From Hydrolagus affinis (Eukaryota), in NCBI GenBank assembly GCA_012026655.1, contig JAAILG010000001.1, forward strand, positions 310,001-374,000: a DNA stretch of 64,000 nucleotides, given 5' to 3'. Numbering within the stretch: position 1 is the first letter of the stretch; each line of letters opens with the position of its first letter. Below, in pieces: positions 25,718 through 39,915 of this stretch. The notes beneath the pieces were generated by a model. The model did not search any database and was not told the origin of the DNA. It worked only from the letters and a program-made list of their open reading frames with translations. Both the position numbers and the translations under genes were made by a program.

Positions 25718-26123
25718 TCTGCACACCACAGCGAAAATCTCAAAATCCAGAACTAAGCATGAGATGCGGACCAAACTGACTGTGAACATTTTTTTGTCAG
25801 GCCACCCACAGATTGTGGTGGGAAACCTCCAAAGCTTATTATACCAGCTGTACAAACATAGCCATGACATTCACAGTTGTTTCCTTCATCAGTGCCTTAA
25901 CATTTCTGTCAAGGAATCTAGCCAGGTATTCCCCTTTATTGGCATACCACATCTGGAGACCAGCATCGAGGAATATGTGTCTAAAGGAAAGGAGATGCTG
26001 TTATCAGCCAAACATCAAATGTATAATCAGATGCTGCATGAATGTATTTGTTGACCAATACAAAGCAACACTAACCAGTAGTTGGATTTCTTTAAAAATA
26101 TGGATTACGGAATCCCGATATCG

Positions 26124-26422
26124 TAATAATAGTCCTTATATTTGATATAGTGCTTTTCATGTCGTCTAGACATCTCAAAGTGCTTCGTAGAATATGCTGT
26201 AAAGTGAATTGATTATATATGTACTATGTATATTTGTAAGTGAAATGCGACAGCCAATTGCGCACAGCAGTGTCCCACAAACAATCATAGGTTGAAATGG
26301 CAATTTTTTTTTGAGGGATTATTATCTGGAAGGAAACTTGTTCAAGATTTCTCCCAGCCAGGAATCAAACCCAGGTCTCTCACTTGTGGGGTGAGTGCTC
26401 TAACCGCTGAGCTACAGCACTC
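26124..26422 (-). mobile_element. Full-length family A tRNA-derived SINE
   Basis: Minus head GTAGCTCAGCGGTTAGAGCAC (A box)...GGTTTGATTCC (B box), then body and L2-like tail ending (TTA)n. Confidence 0.85.
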
Positions 26423-26435
26423 CACAATCTTAACA

Positions 26436-26810
26436 GATAAATGCATAGCTCAGTGTAGCATGAAGCTATAGAGGCCAGAGGTTGCATGTTTTATCCTGTC
26501 CAGTCAGTTACTTCATCTTAGCCAGTATGTGTGTGGTGGGGGGGTTGCAATTAACCTCAATGTTCTTATGTTAGGGAGAGGGAAAACAGTCAGAAACCTA
26601 ACTCCTGTTCACTGTCCAAAGACCAATAATGGAAGATGACTGAGTGCAGATGTAGGATAATTGTGATTTTGCCTCCTCCATTGCCAAGCAACCTTGCAGC
26701 ATTAACTGCCAAGGGTTACACATGGATAATGAACACTTAAATGTGGTACTTGTGGGTGACCGGCAATGGTGAAACTGTTCTGAGTAGCTGTTAAAAGAAG
26801 GTAAAATGAT
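26436..26810 (+). mobile_element. AmnSINE2-like SINE (copy 3), head-to-head with the family A SINE
   Basis: GATAAATGCA...TTAGGGAGAGGGAAAACAGTCAG...CTCCTGTTCACTGTCC...TACACATGGATAATG, collinear with copy 1. Confidence 0.55.
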
Positions 26811-29800
26811 AAGAGTGGGGATTATTGGAGGAAAAACTTTCTTAAAATAAAAAGTAGATTAAAAATAAAACACAAACAAATCATGGATTCCTATCTACCC
26901 AATGGTGCTATCTTCCCAACATACCTTAAAGAAATAATGATATCAGTTATCCAGTAGCTTGACAGAAACTGAATTCACTGCTAGTGAACAATTATTCTAT
27001 TCAAATTCTCATTTTATCTTTGCTTAGCCAAATAAGTGAATGTGATCAGTTCTTTGCCAAGTTTCAAAGTATGAAAGCACAAGACCTTTCCTGCCCATAG
27101 ACCTCTTCCAGTATATTAACTCTATTGGCTGTCAGGCTGGCTGTCATCAAAGACATTTTTGTGGATTACATTTTTTTACACTTCTAGCTAAAGGGCTGTA
27201 TGAGGTAAGAAGTCCGAAGGTGTGAAATGTGCAAGACAGTGAAAAGGAAAACCAAAATAAAAGTGTGAGAGCTACCAAGCTATATTTTTCTATGATTGCC
27301 TTTAGTTTTGCTGAGCACAACTCAATCTACTGGTGATTTATTGATAAGGAACGAGAACTGTAACAACTCAGTATATTTATCTAGATATATACTAATGGTA
27401 TGTATGCATATCTTCGCATATGTCAAGCTCTCAGCCTGGATTGGTGACTTATCATGGGGAGAGTGTCTTGGTGATAAGTCGACATGTGTCAGACACCTAG
27501 TAACACAACTGACCAAAGATCTACAGTATTTGACTCAAACTTGATCAATGCATGGAAGGCTTGCTTGTAGAGTGGGATAATACTGCAGCAATAATTATTT
27601 ATAATTAATTAATTGATTCCAACATTATTTTCTTCTAAAAGAGTTAGAACATAGGCTTTGTCCCCAAACTATCAATAAAACTAGTCTTCCGTTAGGTGGT
27701 TTAATGCATTTTTCCTGTTTTACAAAGACAAAACATTGGAATAAGAACTCAACCACTCAACTGGAACAACGCACATTTTCCCTTTAGTTTATAATCATTT
27801 TTGCAAATGTTATTCACAAAGCTTGACTTAGCATTAAATATGTTGCTCAGCAACACAATAGTAGTGACATACGAATGCATTGAAATCCATGCAGATTCTC
27901 ATTTCAATATTCCAGCGGTGACACAGCCCTTAATAAAATTAAAATTTTGCACCGACGCACAACTAACAATCGAATACTGTAGTGAAATTTTGCTCATGCC
28001 TTGTACCTTTGTTACTGTGCATTTTACCTAGACTTAGAGACTCCTAAATGTTCTGGTATAATTTGACATGGTATTGCATGAATAACACAGACTCCTGATC
28101 CTTGTCCACAAAACTGTAAAAGGTGGCAGTCTTCAGGAGAAAAAAAAAGTACTTGAATTCAATTGAAGTATAACCACAAAACTGGGAAAAGCTAAATTGA
28201 CACGAAATAGCTGGAACTATATAAGATTGGTTATGCAGGGCTGCATATACAGCACACACTACTTGACAACTCTCTTAAAATGTAACCTAGCTGGGAGGAG
28301 AAGCATTGGAATATTGTGATTAAATTCAGAGGGCAAATTTTAATTTCACACATTTGAAATGCTCTGAATTCCCATGGATTTGCACACTAAAAAAACACAT
28401 TCATATATGGAATTTTTATGCTATGAATAAGCTCTTTGAAAAACAGTATTTGGGCATTTGACCTAGTCAAAACATGTTTATTACAGTTTAGTGTCACAGT
28501 GTGAGAACAGGGTCACACCCATTAACTTGCAAAGAAAGCACAAAGCAGATGTGTTATGTGTCTGTATTTGTAATTACTGTAACAGATCTGCCTAATTGAT
28601 CCCCATCTGTATTTTAATTATGGTCAGAGACTGAGCATTCATATTTAATGTGAAATGCAATAATTTTAAACTATAGGACTAATATACATTATTTTCCCCA
28701 AAGAGACACACTCAGTTCATTGGAGAAGCCTCAAATGAAAGCAGTTGTCTTGCAGTTTGACGTTTTTGCCTTTAAGTCAGAAATAAGATGTGAGGCTTGC
28801 ATATCATCAAAAATACAAAGTCAGATGCAACTTTGCATATCCATTCATAAATAGTGTATTTACATCCTTAAGGTATACAGTTACCTGGATTAGAATGAAC
28901 TGTGCTTTGAAAGTGCAGTAACTGTGCTTACTAAATAGCAATAACCATTTTTCTGTGCATATCATCCCAGCTAAGACAGCAAAAAAATCGAACCTTATTT
29001 TGTTAAACTCCTAATTTTGAAGGTGCCCAACAAAAGAACTCAATGATCATCTTGAGATAGAATTACTTCAATTTTATATCATTAACGATTGTTTTATGAA
29101 TTTACCAATGGCTGAATTAAACCAACCATGAAAAGCTCGGGCAATATTAATTCTGAGAACTTTTTTGGCAGGCTATGCTTAAATTATATACAGAAATTTT
29201 AGCTTGCTGAATGCAGCTATTAGAAGCAAATGCCAAAGTATCCACCTAGTAACTCGTTCTGGCTTGACCCTTTGTAACATAAGCCAAAAAGTAATCATAA
29301 ATTCCAAAGTGCAGTATAAAAAACATCATGTGTTCTTCAGCAGCTGAAACGGCATGATGTAGTGTATTTAAATTCAAGAATGTGTCAGTAGGACTATTCA
29401 AGTAATATTCAAAAATCACAACAGACCAAGAGAAAGAGAGAGAGAATTTCAACCATTTTAGGAGCAAAGAAGAAGTGAACTGATGTTTCCAATTAGAAAT
29501 CATCCAAATGAATGAAGAGTGTTAACAAGACATGTGCTATTCTATTCTGTTTTAATTGTACTGAGAATGAAGTCCTGTTGATATACTTTATTTATCACAT
29601 GTGGTGCAAGTTGCACGTTCACTACCCAGGGAAGCAATGTCGAACTCCAGTGAATTTAAAAATCATATGAAGATACAGCTGTTTTTCATTCAACAAACTG
29701 TGCTATGTGAACAATTCCAATAGTATGTTTTTTATGCCTTAATTGAATATTGTACCACTGACATTGTGCTATGAAGGTCCTTTTACTCAAGTCGATAAGT

Positions 29801-32800
29801 CGTTGGTCCTTGGTCCTTGTGACTTATGGGTCTCATGGACCAGCAACCAGAATGCACTGCCACCTGTCACACTGTGTGTGTGTTGATTGTGAAAGTTGAC
29901 CTCAATCAGCAGTTTACCACAGAATCCAAAGCAACTCAAGAGTATGAAGAGTTGTGATACATTGGAGGTTGTGAGGTAATGTGGGAGCCTGCTATCCAAC
30001 AAGATCACCTAAAAGGGGAGGATGGAGTGTAGCTGAGTAGGATGGGCCAAGAGGGTGGTGGAATCTGAAGATTATAAAAATTACTCAATGACTCTATCCC
30101 CTCCCCACCAGCTATCTTGTCTTGGGAATGGAACAAACAAGACATCTAAGCCTGGGTACAGGCTAAGGTGGTCAAAGCTTGTACTAGACTCAGTGGAGTA
30201 TGTGCTGTAATCCCATGCTATCTCTCCAAAGGGGTGTTATGACTGGCGATGGAGAGGTTTGGTAAACTGCGAGTTAAAGCAGAGCGGAGAGAGAATGCGG
30301 AATCTGACATCGATCCCAGGCACCTCAGGATTGGCTACAAATGTCTGTTTCTGCCACGAGCACTACATGGCTGTTCATATCTTTGCCTTGTACTCTTTAC
30401 CATCTGTTTGTAAACCATGTCTATCTCTGTGGGTTCAGAATATGTCTATCTAACGTAAAACACGCTTTTTAAATGTAATTTGTTGTGGTCATTGGTCAGG
30501 CTACATTTTATTTGACACACTCAATATGAAAGCAAAATAGTCTACTGCCTTTCCACTAGTTATCTGATTGATATAGTAACTATTCTGGTCAAATTGTGGG
30601 TATTTAGATTTTTTGTTTTGTTATGAATTCTAAAATAATGGATATTCAACCTGCTGTCCACAAAGGGGTTCCAAATCGCAAGGTTACATTTGTAACTTAC
30701 TCACGCTTTGCTAGTTCACCTTTGTGGTGTCATTAGTGCCCTTTAATCGTGTAACTGACTGCTACCCATCAAATCCTCTTACTTGTACTATGATGCTGGT
30801 TACCAAACTAAAAGTGGAACCTTTGACGTGACCCAGCATGACCTTCTGAGTACTTCAAGGAAAGTATAACAAAGATAAGAAAAATTAGTTCTGTTGTTGT
30901 CAATAGTGACAAGAACATTTGTTCATCAAAAGTGCCTTCTTATTATTGAAAGACATGGTTTTCGCGCTACTAGAGCCGAAGAAAATCATATCATACTCTG
31001 CAAAAGACATACCTATTATTTTTCAGTGATATATTGCTTTCCAGCTGTAGCCAAAACAATCTAATAACCACTATTAGATAAAGGATTCTGAATATAAATG
31101 TATTGAATTGTAGTGGGAGAAAATGAACATATTGCAGCACTTATGTCAAAATGGGTTAGGCTTTCGTGTCTCTCTTTCTTTAATAAATGCAGATCAAAAG
31201 AGTTCTGTTATGTAAAAATAATAATAAAAATTCGAGCTATATGAAATAACACTACCACTTTGTAACATTCTGAAAGAACGAGTCACAAATGTGCTGTACT
31301 GAATACAAATAGCATTAAAAGTGCACAAGCATCCCACGAATGCTTCTAACCGTACATTTATATTCATAGCAGGTTCAAAAAACCCTAGAACAATGCTAGC
31401 TATCTATTCACCATAAAGCATTCAGCCAGTTACAGTGTCACTTATGACAGCTTTGATAGACGTATACTATATAAGAAAAAATATCTTATAGTACACAGTT
31501 CATTTAATAAATTGATTAAACTTCCCCTCAGCCAATTGTTTTGGTCTTAACAACATCCTTAAACATCACCTGAAGAAAGAGATTGGGCTTGTTCGTAAAG
31601 ACTACAGCAAAGAGACAGTTTAATCGAGGGCCTAACATTTGAGTACTGTCAGAATGTTGCCCCAAATGATAAATGATTGTATAATGCAACAGTCTACCGC
31701 TAGTGTTGAATTATATTAGCCATCAGTGTTCAAAATCCATTTTAAACTTAATTGTGCTATGATAGCTGTATCCCCCAGTCAGCAGAACAGCAGGTTTATA
31801 AAAATCATCTTCTATGATTGTTAAATGCTTTCCTAATGAAGCTGATGATCACAACATTCTGCAGTAAATGCTTCTGTCAGGCTGTCATACTTGCATGATA
31901 GTGGCCCCTATAGTGAATAAGTGCTTGTGCGATTTGAGTTTATATCAAAGGCAGGAAACTCAAAAGATCTGCCTGCATGTGTAAGATAATCTCATGAAAA
32001 GGAAAGTGTCATATATTAAAATAGGATTATCAACCAGGACATAATCACAGAGCTCTGCAATTCTATGGTAGCACATACATAGGTTCAACCAATCATACAA
32101 GGAAATAATTGAGGGCTATAAAACTTAATTCAGAAAAATCAATAAAATATAAAAGCAATCAGATAAGACCTCTTAACAAATCGATCAACTCTTGTAGAAA
32201 ATCATAATGTGTTTTCCTAAGAGAAAAGCAGCTAAATGAAGCAGAGAAACCTACATAAAATCCCACAAGTAGCTTTCTCAAGGTTCCATGTTCTGGGGAA
32301 GGAAGAAGAATGAAAAATGTAATTACTCCCTACATTTTCAAAGTCATGTTCACTGCGTGCAAACAACAGCAGTACACATTTTTCATTAATCTGAAAATAG
32401 GTGAGTCTGAGCATGGTCTATTACTGCTATTTTTAATAATAGTGTAATATTATTTCTATTTTTTAACCTTGTATATCTGTAACCTTTTTTTTAGCCAGTG
32501 TCCATTATGTAACTGGTGGCAATTTGCAGACTGATGCTACATTACAGTATTTATTCTTGCTTCTGAAATGAACCCTTTACTGACCAAACTGAAATAACAC
32601 TTTGGTATATAGCCAAAGAAAAACCAATATCATTATGTGCATAAATGGTGAAAGAGCAATAAACATGATAAGTAAGAAGGCATTCAAAATAACGGATCAA
32701 TTAAGCAACTGGTAACTGTCTATTGATTACAATTACTGGATGACACAATGGTTTCAATACAACCATTGCCATTTGCTGGTTAACTGCTTTTTTGTGCTTT

Positions 32801-34327
32801 TTAAAAAAAAAACTTTTTAAAAAAACAGAATCTGGCTGAATTAATGGTTGTGGTATTTCTGTTTTCCTAAAGATGCTTTTTATTGAATTTTTTAAAATAA
32901 GATGAAACTGGATATACTTTTAACATTCCTTTCGGTATAATGTACATAAGCAGTTTGTGAAACAGTAAATACAAATGAACTATCCATGCTACAGCTAAGT
33001 TTCTTTCTTCAACACATGAATGGAAATGTAATTTATTATTTTGTGTTTCCGTTTTATTACCTGATCAAAATAAATAGAAAGGAATATATCTTTTCTACAT
33101 TTAACTCCACAAAATGTCAGTAAATTCACCACCATTTGCGTGTGCTTTCTTAAACCTGCTTGTCATGCATATTTTGGCATTTTAAACTTGTATAAAATAA
33201 CATTTACCCTGCATCACTGAGTAGACAAACAAAATGATACTGAAGAAACCATAGTCTGCTATTAGACTGAGCCTTTATAGCCGAAGGCCATAATCTGACA
33301 CAGATTGAGCCCAGTACAGTAGTCAATTAATGGCTCACTGCTCATACAATAATGACCTACTAACCTGATTGTGTGTTGCTCTCACATTTTGCTGTCTCTT
33401 GGGACACCACTGTCACTGTGTTATCTATTGCCTTCTTCCCCATCAAAGAAATAAGCTGGGCTGAAATGTATAAGCATCAAGCTAGTTCATTGCACACCAG
33501 CCTCAGTCACTGTAGGGACAATAGATTTATAAGTTTATCCTACATTAAACCAAACATGCCTGACTGCACTGTAAATTACTAAATAATAAACCTGGCTGTG
33601 TAAAATCTTGACTTGGAAGAATATAAAAATCCATCAAACCGTACAGGACCATAACCATAAATGTGCAATGTATCTAGTGACACAGGTATTCCAGCATCTC
33701 TAACATCACTGGCTCATGGTGTATTTTGAGAATAATGTGTTTAATAGGTTTAAATAGTTTTACTCTTAAATGTGGTGCATAAATTTTTTTTTTTGCTGTG
33801 ACGTTGTTTGAAACAAAAATCTCTAATTGAATTTACTGGATTTGAAAGCCAATGAGAAGAATATTAGTCTTTTGTTTTAATGTAGTTAACAAGCAACAGT
33901 TATTTAATCAGTTATGTGTTAACTATATCCGTGTTCATTTAAGAATGTTTATTAAATGAATCATTGTGACACTACTTCACAGTGACGCTTTAAAAAGGAA
34001 ATGGGTAAATGAATTGTAGTTACCAGACATCACCTATGCAACTTCTCAGTCAAGGATAATAGTCATCATGCTCAATTTAGCTCATCATTTAGTATGTATT
34101 TAGCAAATACAGAATGGGCAACATTTTCTCATTGGAACACCACAATAAATTCAGTTAATGCCAACAGAATTAGATTGTCAGCGACAGAGACATGCTGTAG
34201 ACTTTACAGTGATGATATTTCTCCCCCTCCATCCGCCCCCTGCTCCCACCCAGCTAAATATGCTATAGTTGTGCTGGGAGATGGGAAAATGGAGGGGTTG
34301 GGTTCTGCAACTTGACCACAAGAACCA

Positions 34328-34385
34328 TAAAATTACGTTTGTAGAGCACCTTTCACGTCGAGAGGACACCCCAAGGTGCTGACGT
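34328..34385 (-). mobile_element. L2 tail-only insert
   Basis: AAAATTACGTTTGTAGAGCACCTTTCACGTCGAGAGGACACCCCAAGGTGCTG. Confidence 0.8.
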
Positions 34386-36799
34386 CTCAAGACCACCTAC
34401 TGATTTTTCTCTGGTTCAGCAAACTCCAAGATGAGACTTGTTGCAAATAGCCATTAACATTACATCACAAAAGACCCAAAGTAAAATAAATGTTCAAAGA
34501 ACTGAGCAAAAGTCCTGTCTCCAAGATGTCAGAATTCTGGCAAAACAGATTCATTTATTATTTGTGGTTGAAAACAACAAAATATTTATTAGAATATTCA
34601 AGCACTTGTCCTCTACACCCAATGTGCTATATTCAAATTCCATTGAAAAAAATTGCTGAACGTATACCAGTGAAAATGTATTTTATCTCTGCATGGTTAA
34701 TTCATATCAGCATATATTTATAAAAGGTATGTTATTCAGATGCTAAACTACTGTCTCTGAGTTCCCTAGTTCCTACATCGGATTTATTGTGGGAGCAATG
34801 TGTTAGTGGTACATATCTCCAAATTCAAAGCAAAACATAACTATATTGAGCCAGAATTTCATCCTCTGTGGTTCTACAGATTAAAAAAATAAAATAAAAA
34901 CAGAAGGTTACAATCCAATTGCAGAGTAGTTCAGACGCTAGCTAAAGTCCAGTTTGGAAATGGAACTAAGATTCCATAATGCCTGAGACTGATCCAGATT
35001 GGTGCATGATGAAAAATATAGACCGAATAGATGGGCTGTAGAGGATGAGATGCTATCACAGTTTTGACCAGACTTCAGAAACTAGGAGCATGGCCATGTT
35101 TTGGAAAAAAAAAATGCCCTGTGCAAGGCTGTAATTAATATCTTCAAGTCTCTTAGCCTTTAGCTGAGGTTTCCCATCTCAGGGAAAAAAAAATGACATT
35201 TTGTCCATCTGATCTTTCACTGCGATGGGCGAAGCATACACTTGGAAAATGGGAGAGCGAGAAAAGTTAATAATGTCTGTTAAGTCACACAACTCATATC
35301 TCTTCTGTTATGCTCCTCTTCTACTATGTTACAAATATACTAAACACAGTAATGAAACATATTGTGAGACAATTAGATGATACACTTAAATTGTGTGGAG
35401 AAAAAAACAGCACGACAGAAAGACAAAAAACAAATATTTTAAACAATTATTAAACCAAAGGTCAATTATGGTTCATAAATTGTAGCAAAATATAATTATT
35501 ATTATCCAAAAATGCAAAATATGGTTGATTACAGCTGTAGCAAATTATTGTCAAAACATACCAGCTTGCATATAAATGCTACACACAGGTTCTTTGCATA
35601 CTGTGAGTAGCTACTAATTGTTGCATTGCTTGTCATCGTAATAAAAAATGCAAGAGTATGCAGACTGCTTAATTATGGGTTGGTGTCAGTTCACCATATG
35701 AATAATATCACAACATCTCACCGTACTCATTTAGCATGCCTGGAATTCCTTTTCAGATGAAAAGAGCTTTGCCCTAATACTAATACATCACTTATTTAAC
35801 ATTATAAATACTGTTTGTATGAAGGTCATGATCCACACCATACATAGGAACACATGAATGGGATTATGCACTGAGCAATTATTAATCAGCATTTCATATA
35901 TTTCAGCTTCAAACAGCATTGTTTTCATTATTTCCATGATATATTTAAATGTACTGAATTCCTAAATTACTCAATAAATTGCACCATTGTCTCAATCACA
36001 TATTATTATGTAGTGCTCAATCACGCATCATGCATTGTACAAGAGTGAGGAATATAAATATGCCATATGATATTTTGATTAATTCTTTGAAAATGATATA
36101 TCTGCAATACTTTGTGTTGCACAAATGTAACTGTAGATTTTATAAATAGAACACACAGCCATGCATCATTTAAGGCCATTGCTAAATTAGGTGCAAATCT
36201 GATGCTTCCATATGTATTGTGCTTAAATTAATTTCATTTCAAACTATAATACATATTCATGTGCCATCATTTCTCCATTAATAAGTATGTGAATCTCTAT
36301 AAAATCATTAGGTGTCATTTTTATCATGGTATGGCAAAGGAGACAAATATCTCAAGGACTGTCAGCTCTGTTGCGCTAGCCTTCTTCACCTGATATGCAG
36401 CAAAAAAATCACATTTAGTGAATAAATAAATTACCCAGGCTATGCATCATTCAAATCCTTTAGGATTATTGGCTAATTAGGTGTACAGCAATGTAAATTT
36501 GCCTTGTGTCAGGTTTGGAGGATCAGGACAATAACATAATTAACCAGTGAACAAAGAAATAAGCCTGAGATGGTTATCTGTAGATAATGCACAAAAAAAA
36601 ATTTGATGTCCTAATCATGATCAAAAATTCAGATATCTAAAACATTTGCTAGTATCAATTAATAGATCAATCCTAATTTGGTAGTGGACCGAAGAAGATT
36701 TGCAAATTAAAATGATCAAAAAAAAACATTTGAACGATTGAATATGAGACAAATCAAATCTGTATCCAATGTAAATTATTCAGTTGTGCATGAACATGA

Positions 36800-37270
36800 T
36801 CCAACAGTGTGCGATACACCAGATCACAGATTAAGATCCGCGTGGACCATGGATATTACTTGCACTTTTGATTGAGTGCAGCACCAAGATCTGATGGCAA
36901 AGTTTCAAGAATGTGGAGCTGAAAGCCTTCTGGCAAACTGGCTCCTGAGCGCTGTCCTGGTTATGCACATGCCTTCAGTGAGGAAGGTCAATCCTAGAGT
37001 ACCTCCAGGCTCAAACCGACCTTGTTCCTGGTCTTTGTAAATGGCAAGGAACATTAGTGTGGTTTTGAAATTGATATGTTTACATACGATTCAACTATTT
37101 ATCAAACCAAGTCCTGCAGCTACAGAATAACTGTGGTTGTTTTCAACCACAACAACCTAGAAGCTATCAAGGACAGAGCTACGTAGTAGGTTTTTGTACT
37201 CAAAAGACCAAATTGTTCAGCATCAGGATCGAAACTCAAGTTGTCTATTGACAATGTATTCACTGGCGAT
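36800..37270 (+). mobile_element. Ancient CR1/L2-clade reverse transcriptase remnant
   Basis: Manual translation across frameshifts gives FD*VQHQDLMAKFQECG...NWL, V..RVPPGS (cf. GVPQGS), TLFLVFVNG and MFTYDST (cf. FADD), in correct RT order. Confidence 0.6.
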
Positions 37271-38247
37271 CCGGTTGATTACTTGCCTATTCCTCTTCTT
37301 TGGTTGAAACCTGACAGGGGCAGAGCATGTGAAATTGCTTACATATACGGGCCTTCATAACAAAAGCATTTCAATTCTCTATCCTCATCTGGTCAAGAGA
37401 CTGATTATAGATGTTCAGCTATAGGTCATGATTGAACTATTAAAGGGTAAATATAAATTAGGCATGTATCATATAGAATATTCAGTACTAGAGGCAATAT
37501 AATCATATCTATAACCCAATCCATCAGTACAGGATATGATCAACTGAAATGCAGACATATGACAGGACATCACATTCTGAATGCCATGAGATTGAAGTAA
37601 AGATACTGTGGCATATGTAACAAATAGGTGTTTCAGACTCTGTCATGCTACGCATTTTTAAAAAATTACTTACCTTGGGGAACTGGGTGACACAGAGAGT
37701 TAGAATGCATGGATTTGAGTTTGAATTTACCCAGGCAAATGGAGTCTCTCCTCTATGACAGTTGCTAAGGGTCATGAATGAAAAGAGTTTGGGGGACTCT
37801 CAATTCAGTCCCCAATGGACACAAATCTACAGCAAATTCAAAATGCCTATAGAATGACACTAACTGGAAAATCTAACTTTCAGCGAGTGCAAGCGAAACT
37901 GGTCTAGGAAATGGAAAGAACTTACACTGGTGTAGTGGGAGGAGTTGTTCTGAGGTTTTATTTCAGCTATATTGCTTGGGTAGTAAGGACATTGATGTAT
38001 AGAACCATGCTGTATCTGAACAAGAAATGCTGATTTGGGAATTAAAAATGAGAATAATTTCCATTCCTCAGTAATATCAATGGTCACTAAAATAACCATA
38101 AAAATGGTTTTGAAATTATTTCTTAATAGGTATCAACAATTGTTACTTTCAGTCAATTAAAAGTCATAATATATGTTGTAGTTTAACATAAAATCTTACA
38201 CTGATATCAGATACACTGATATATCTTACACTTACATTGATATTAGA

Positions 38248-38520
38248 TAATAATAATAATCCTTGCATTTGATATAGCGCTTTTCACATCTTCTAGTTGT
38301 GTCAAAGCGCTTCACAGAATATACTGTAAGGTGAATTGACACACAGCAGTGTCCCACAAACAATCATAAATTGAAATGACCAATGTATTATTGTTTTTTT
38401 CTTGAGGAATTATTATCAGGCGTGTGGAGTAAGAAAACTTGCACAAGGTTTTGCCTTGCCTGGAATCGAACCCAGGTCTCTCACGTATAAGGCGAGTGCT
38501 CTAACCACTGAGCTACAAGA
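38248..38520 (-). mobile_element. Full-length family A tRNA-derived SINE
   Basis: Minus: TGTAGCTCAGTGGTTAGAGCACTCGCC...GGGTTCGATTCC (A and B boxes); tail GAAGCGCTTTGACAC...AAAAGCGCTATATCAAATGCAAGGA(TTA)n. Confidence 0.9.
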
Positions 38521-39854
38521 TTAAAGGGAACTAATAAGCAAACGCTTCCTCTCAGCAATTGCTATTCCACTTTGACATGGGAAAAATAACTGAGAAGGTT
38601 GTGATAAGAAATTTTATTTGTGTGTTAATAACTAAAACAATTAATACAATTGTTGTTTTCCAGCATAACAAACAGAACAAGAAAATAACATTTATTTAAT
38701 CTAGTGCTTTTAAAATTTATTGAACTGCCCTTAGCAGCTCAATATACAATGCTTCATACCCTCACAGTAGTGACTCATTAATGTATTTAGGACTGAGACT
38801 TGTTTTTTTACCGAATTGACTACAAAGTACTGTATATGTGTAATTCAAGCATTTCCAATTTCAAATGTTTTTATACCTCACTGAAAGACAGGGCCCTGAG
38901 CTCACCTCTAATTAACCTTTACAAATCGATTGATGTAATCAGACACTCACAATATTAGAGTATTACTCAGCTTTGGTTAATATTCCTTTATTCATTGGAC
39001 ATTTGACCAATAACTGTTAAGAGCAAATTAAGATCTTAATATCAAAGTTTACAGCCCTGAAATGCAACAGTGTTTTATGATGTCTCAGAAGTTCTGTGTA
39101 AAGATTAATAAACACGTAATACTGTATGTGAAAAGCAAAAACAAATAATTTGCTAATACTAAAAGCATCCATCTGTATGCAGACGTCTGTACAACTTAGG
39201 ATTCTCATTCAAGTCACATTTCAAGAAACATACTTTCATTTACCTGTTTATGATAACAGCAATTTCCACTGGCTTAGAATCCATCATCATTCATCAATCT
39301 ATGCCTTAGTTTTGTCTAGGTACCTTATGCCATCAATTTGATATACAAAATATTTAATATTACATCACAAGCATAGAAAGGTGTACATTACTGATAAATA
39401 ATATGTCATGGTTAATTAGCATATGAGGTAAAGCTATGTATTTATGTGATAATTTTCATTGATTATGTACAAACTTGTGCTTATTAACTTTATGTAGCAT
39501 TACAGAACATAGAGCATGAAGTTAGAAAGATTTTTAGGCTCATGTTATATTAGGGATAAAGGTCTGTTTAAAAAAATGCAAAGTTTTCTCATTAAATCAA
39601 CTCAAATGTTATTTTCAAACACATTTGTTCCAGACCGATTATTAGATTTTTGAAACCAGCTATTTTTCATCCGATTGACATGAATGGAACAAGGAAGGAG
39701 AATATTAAATAAAAGCAGCCATTTTTTTTTCTGGAAAGAGCTTTGCTTGAACTCTCTTTTGTTTATGGAGCTTCATGTTTAACTTCTGACAATAACTTAC
39801 TTTACACATCAGTATTTTCATTAATCAGGACTTCAGGGTTGAGTGTTTGAGTCT

Positions 39855-39915
39855 TCAGCATCTGCCTCCTGCCATTAAAGGCTCTCGATAAATGTAATTT
39901 TGTTGTTGTTGTTGT
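39855..39915 (+). mobile_element. L2 tail-only insert (decayed)
   Basis: CAGCATC...CCTCCTG...AAAGGCTC...AAATGTAATTTTGTTGTTGTTGTTG. Confidence 0.65.

Noticed and set aside
25653-26054. Longest ORF (133 aa) as a gene or RTE fragment
   Set aside because: It starts inside a CR1 tail, and the resemblance to RTE (LHQCLNIS) is too weak to support.
32283-32400. Candidate exon ending ATAG|GTGAGT (similar candidates at 9660 plus and 37674 minus)
   Set aside because: Weak acceptor or donor, and unrecognisable peptides.
38440-38520. tRNA gene (also near 26350-26420 and 61850-61920)
   Set aside because: A and B boxes are present, but each is fused to a SINE body and tail and lacks a proper acceptor stem.
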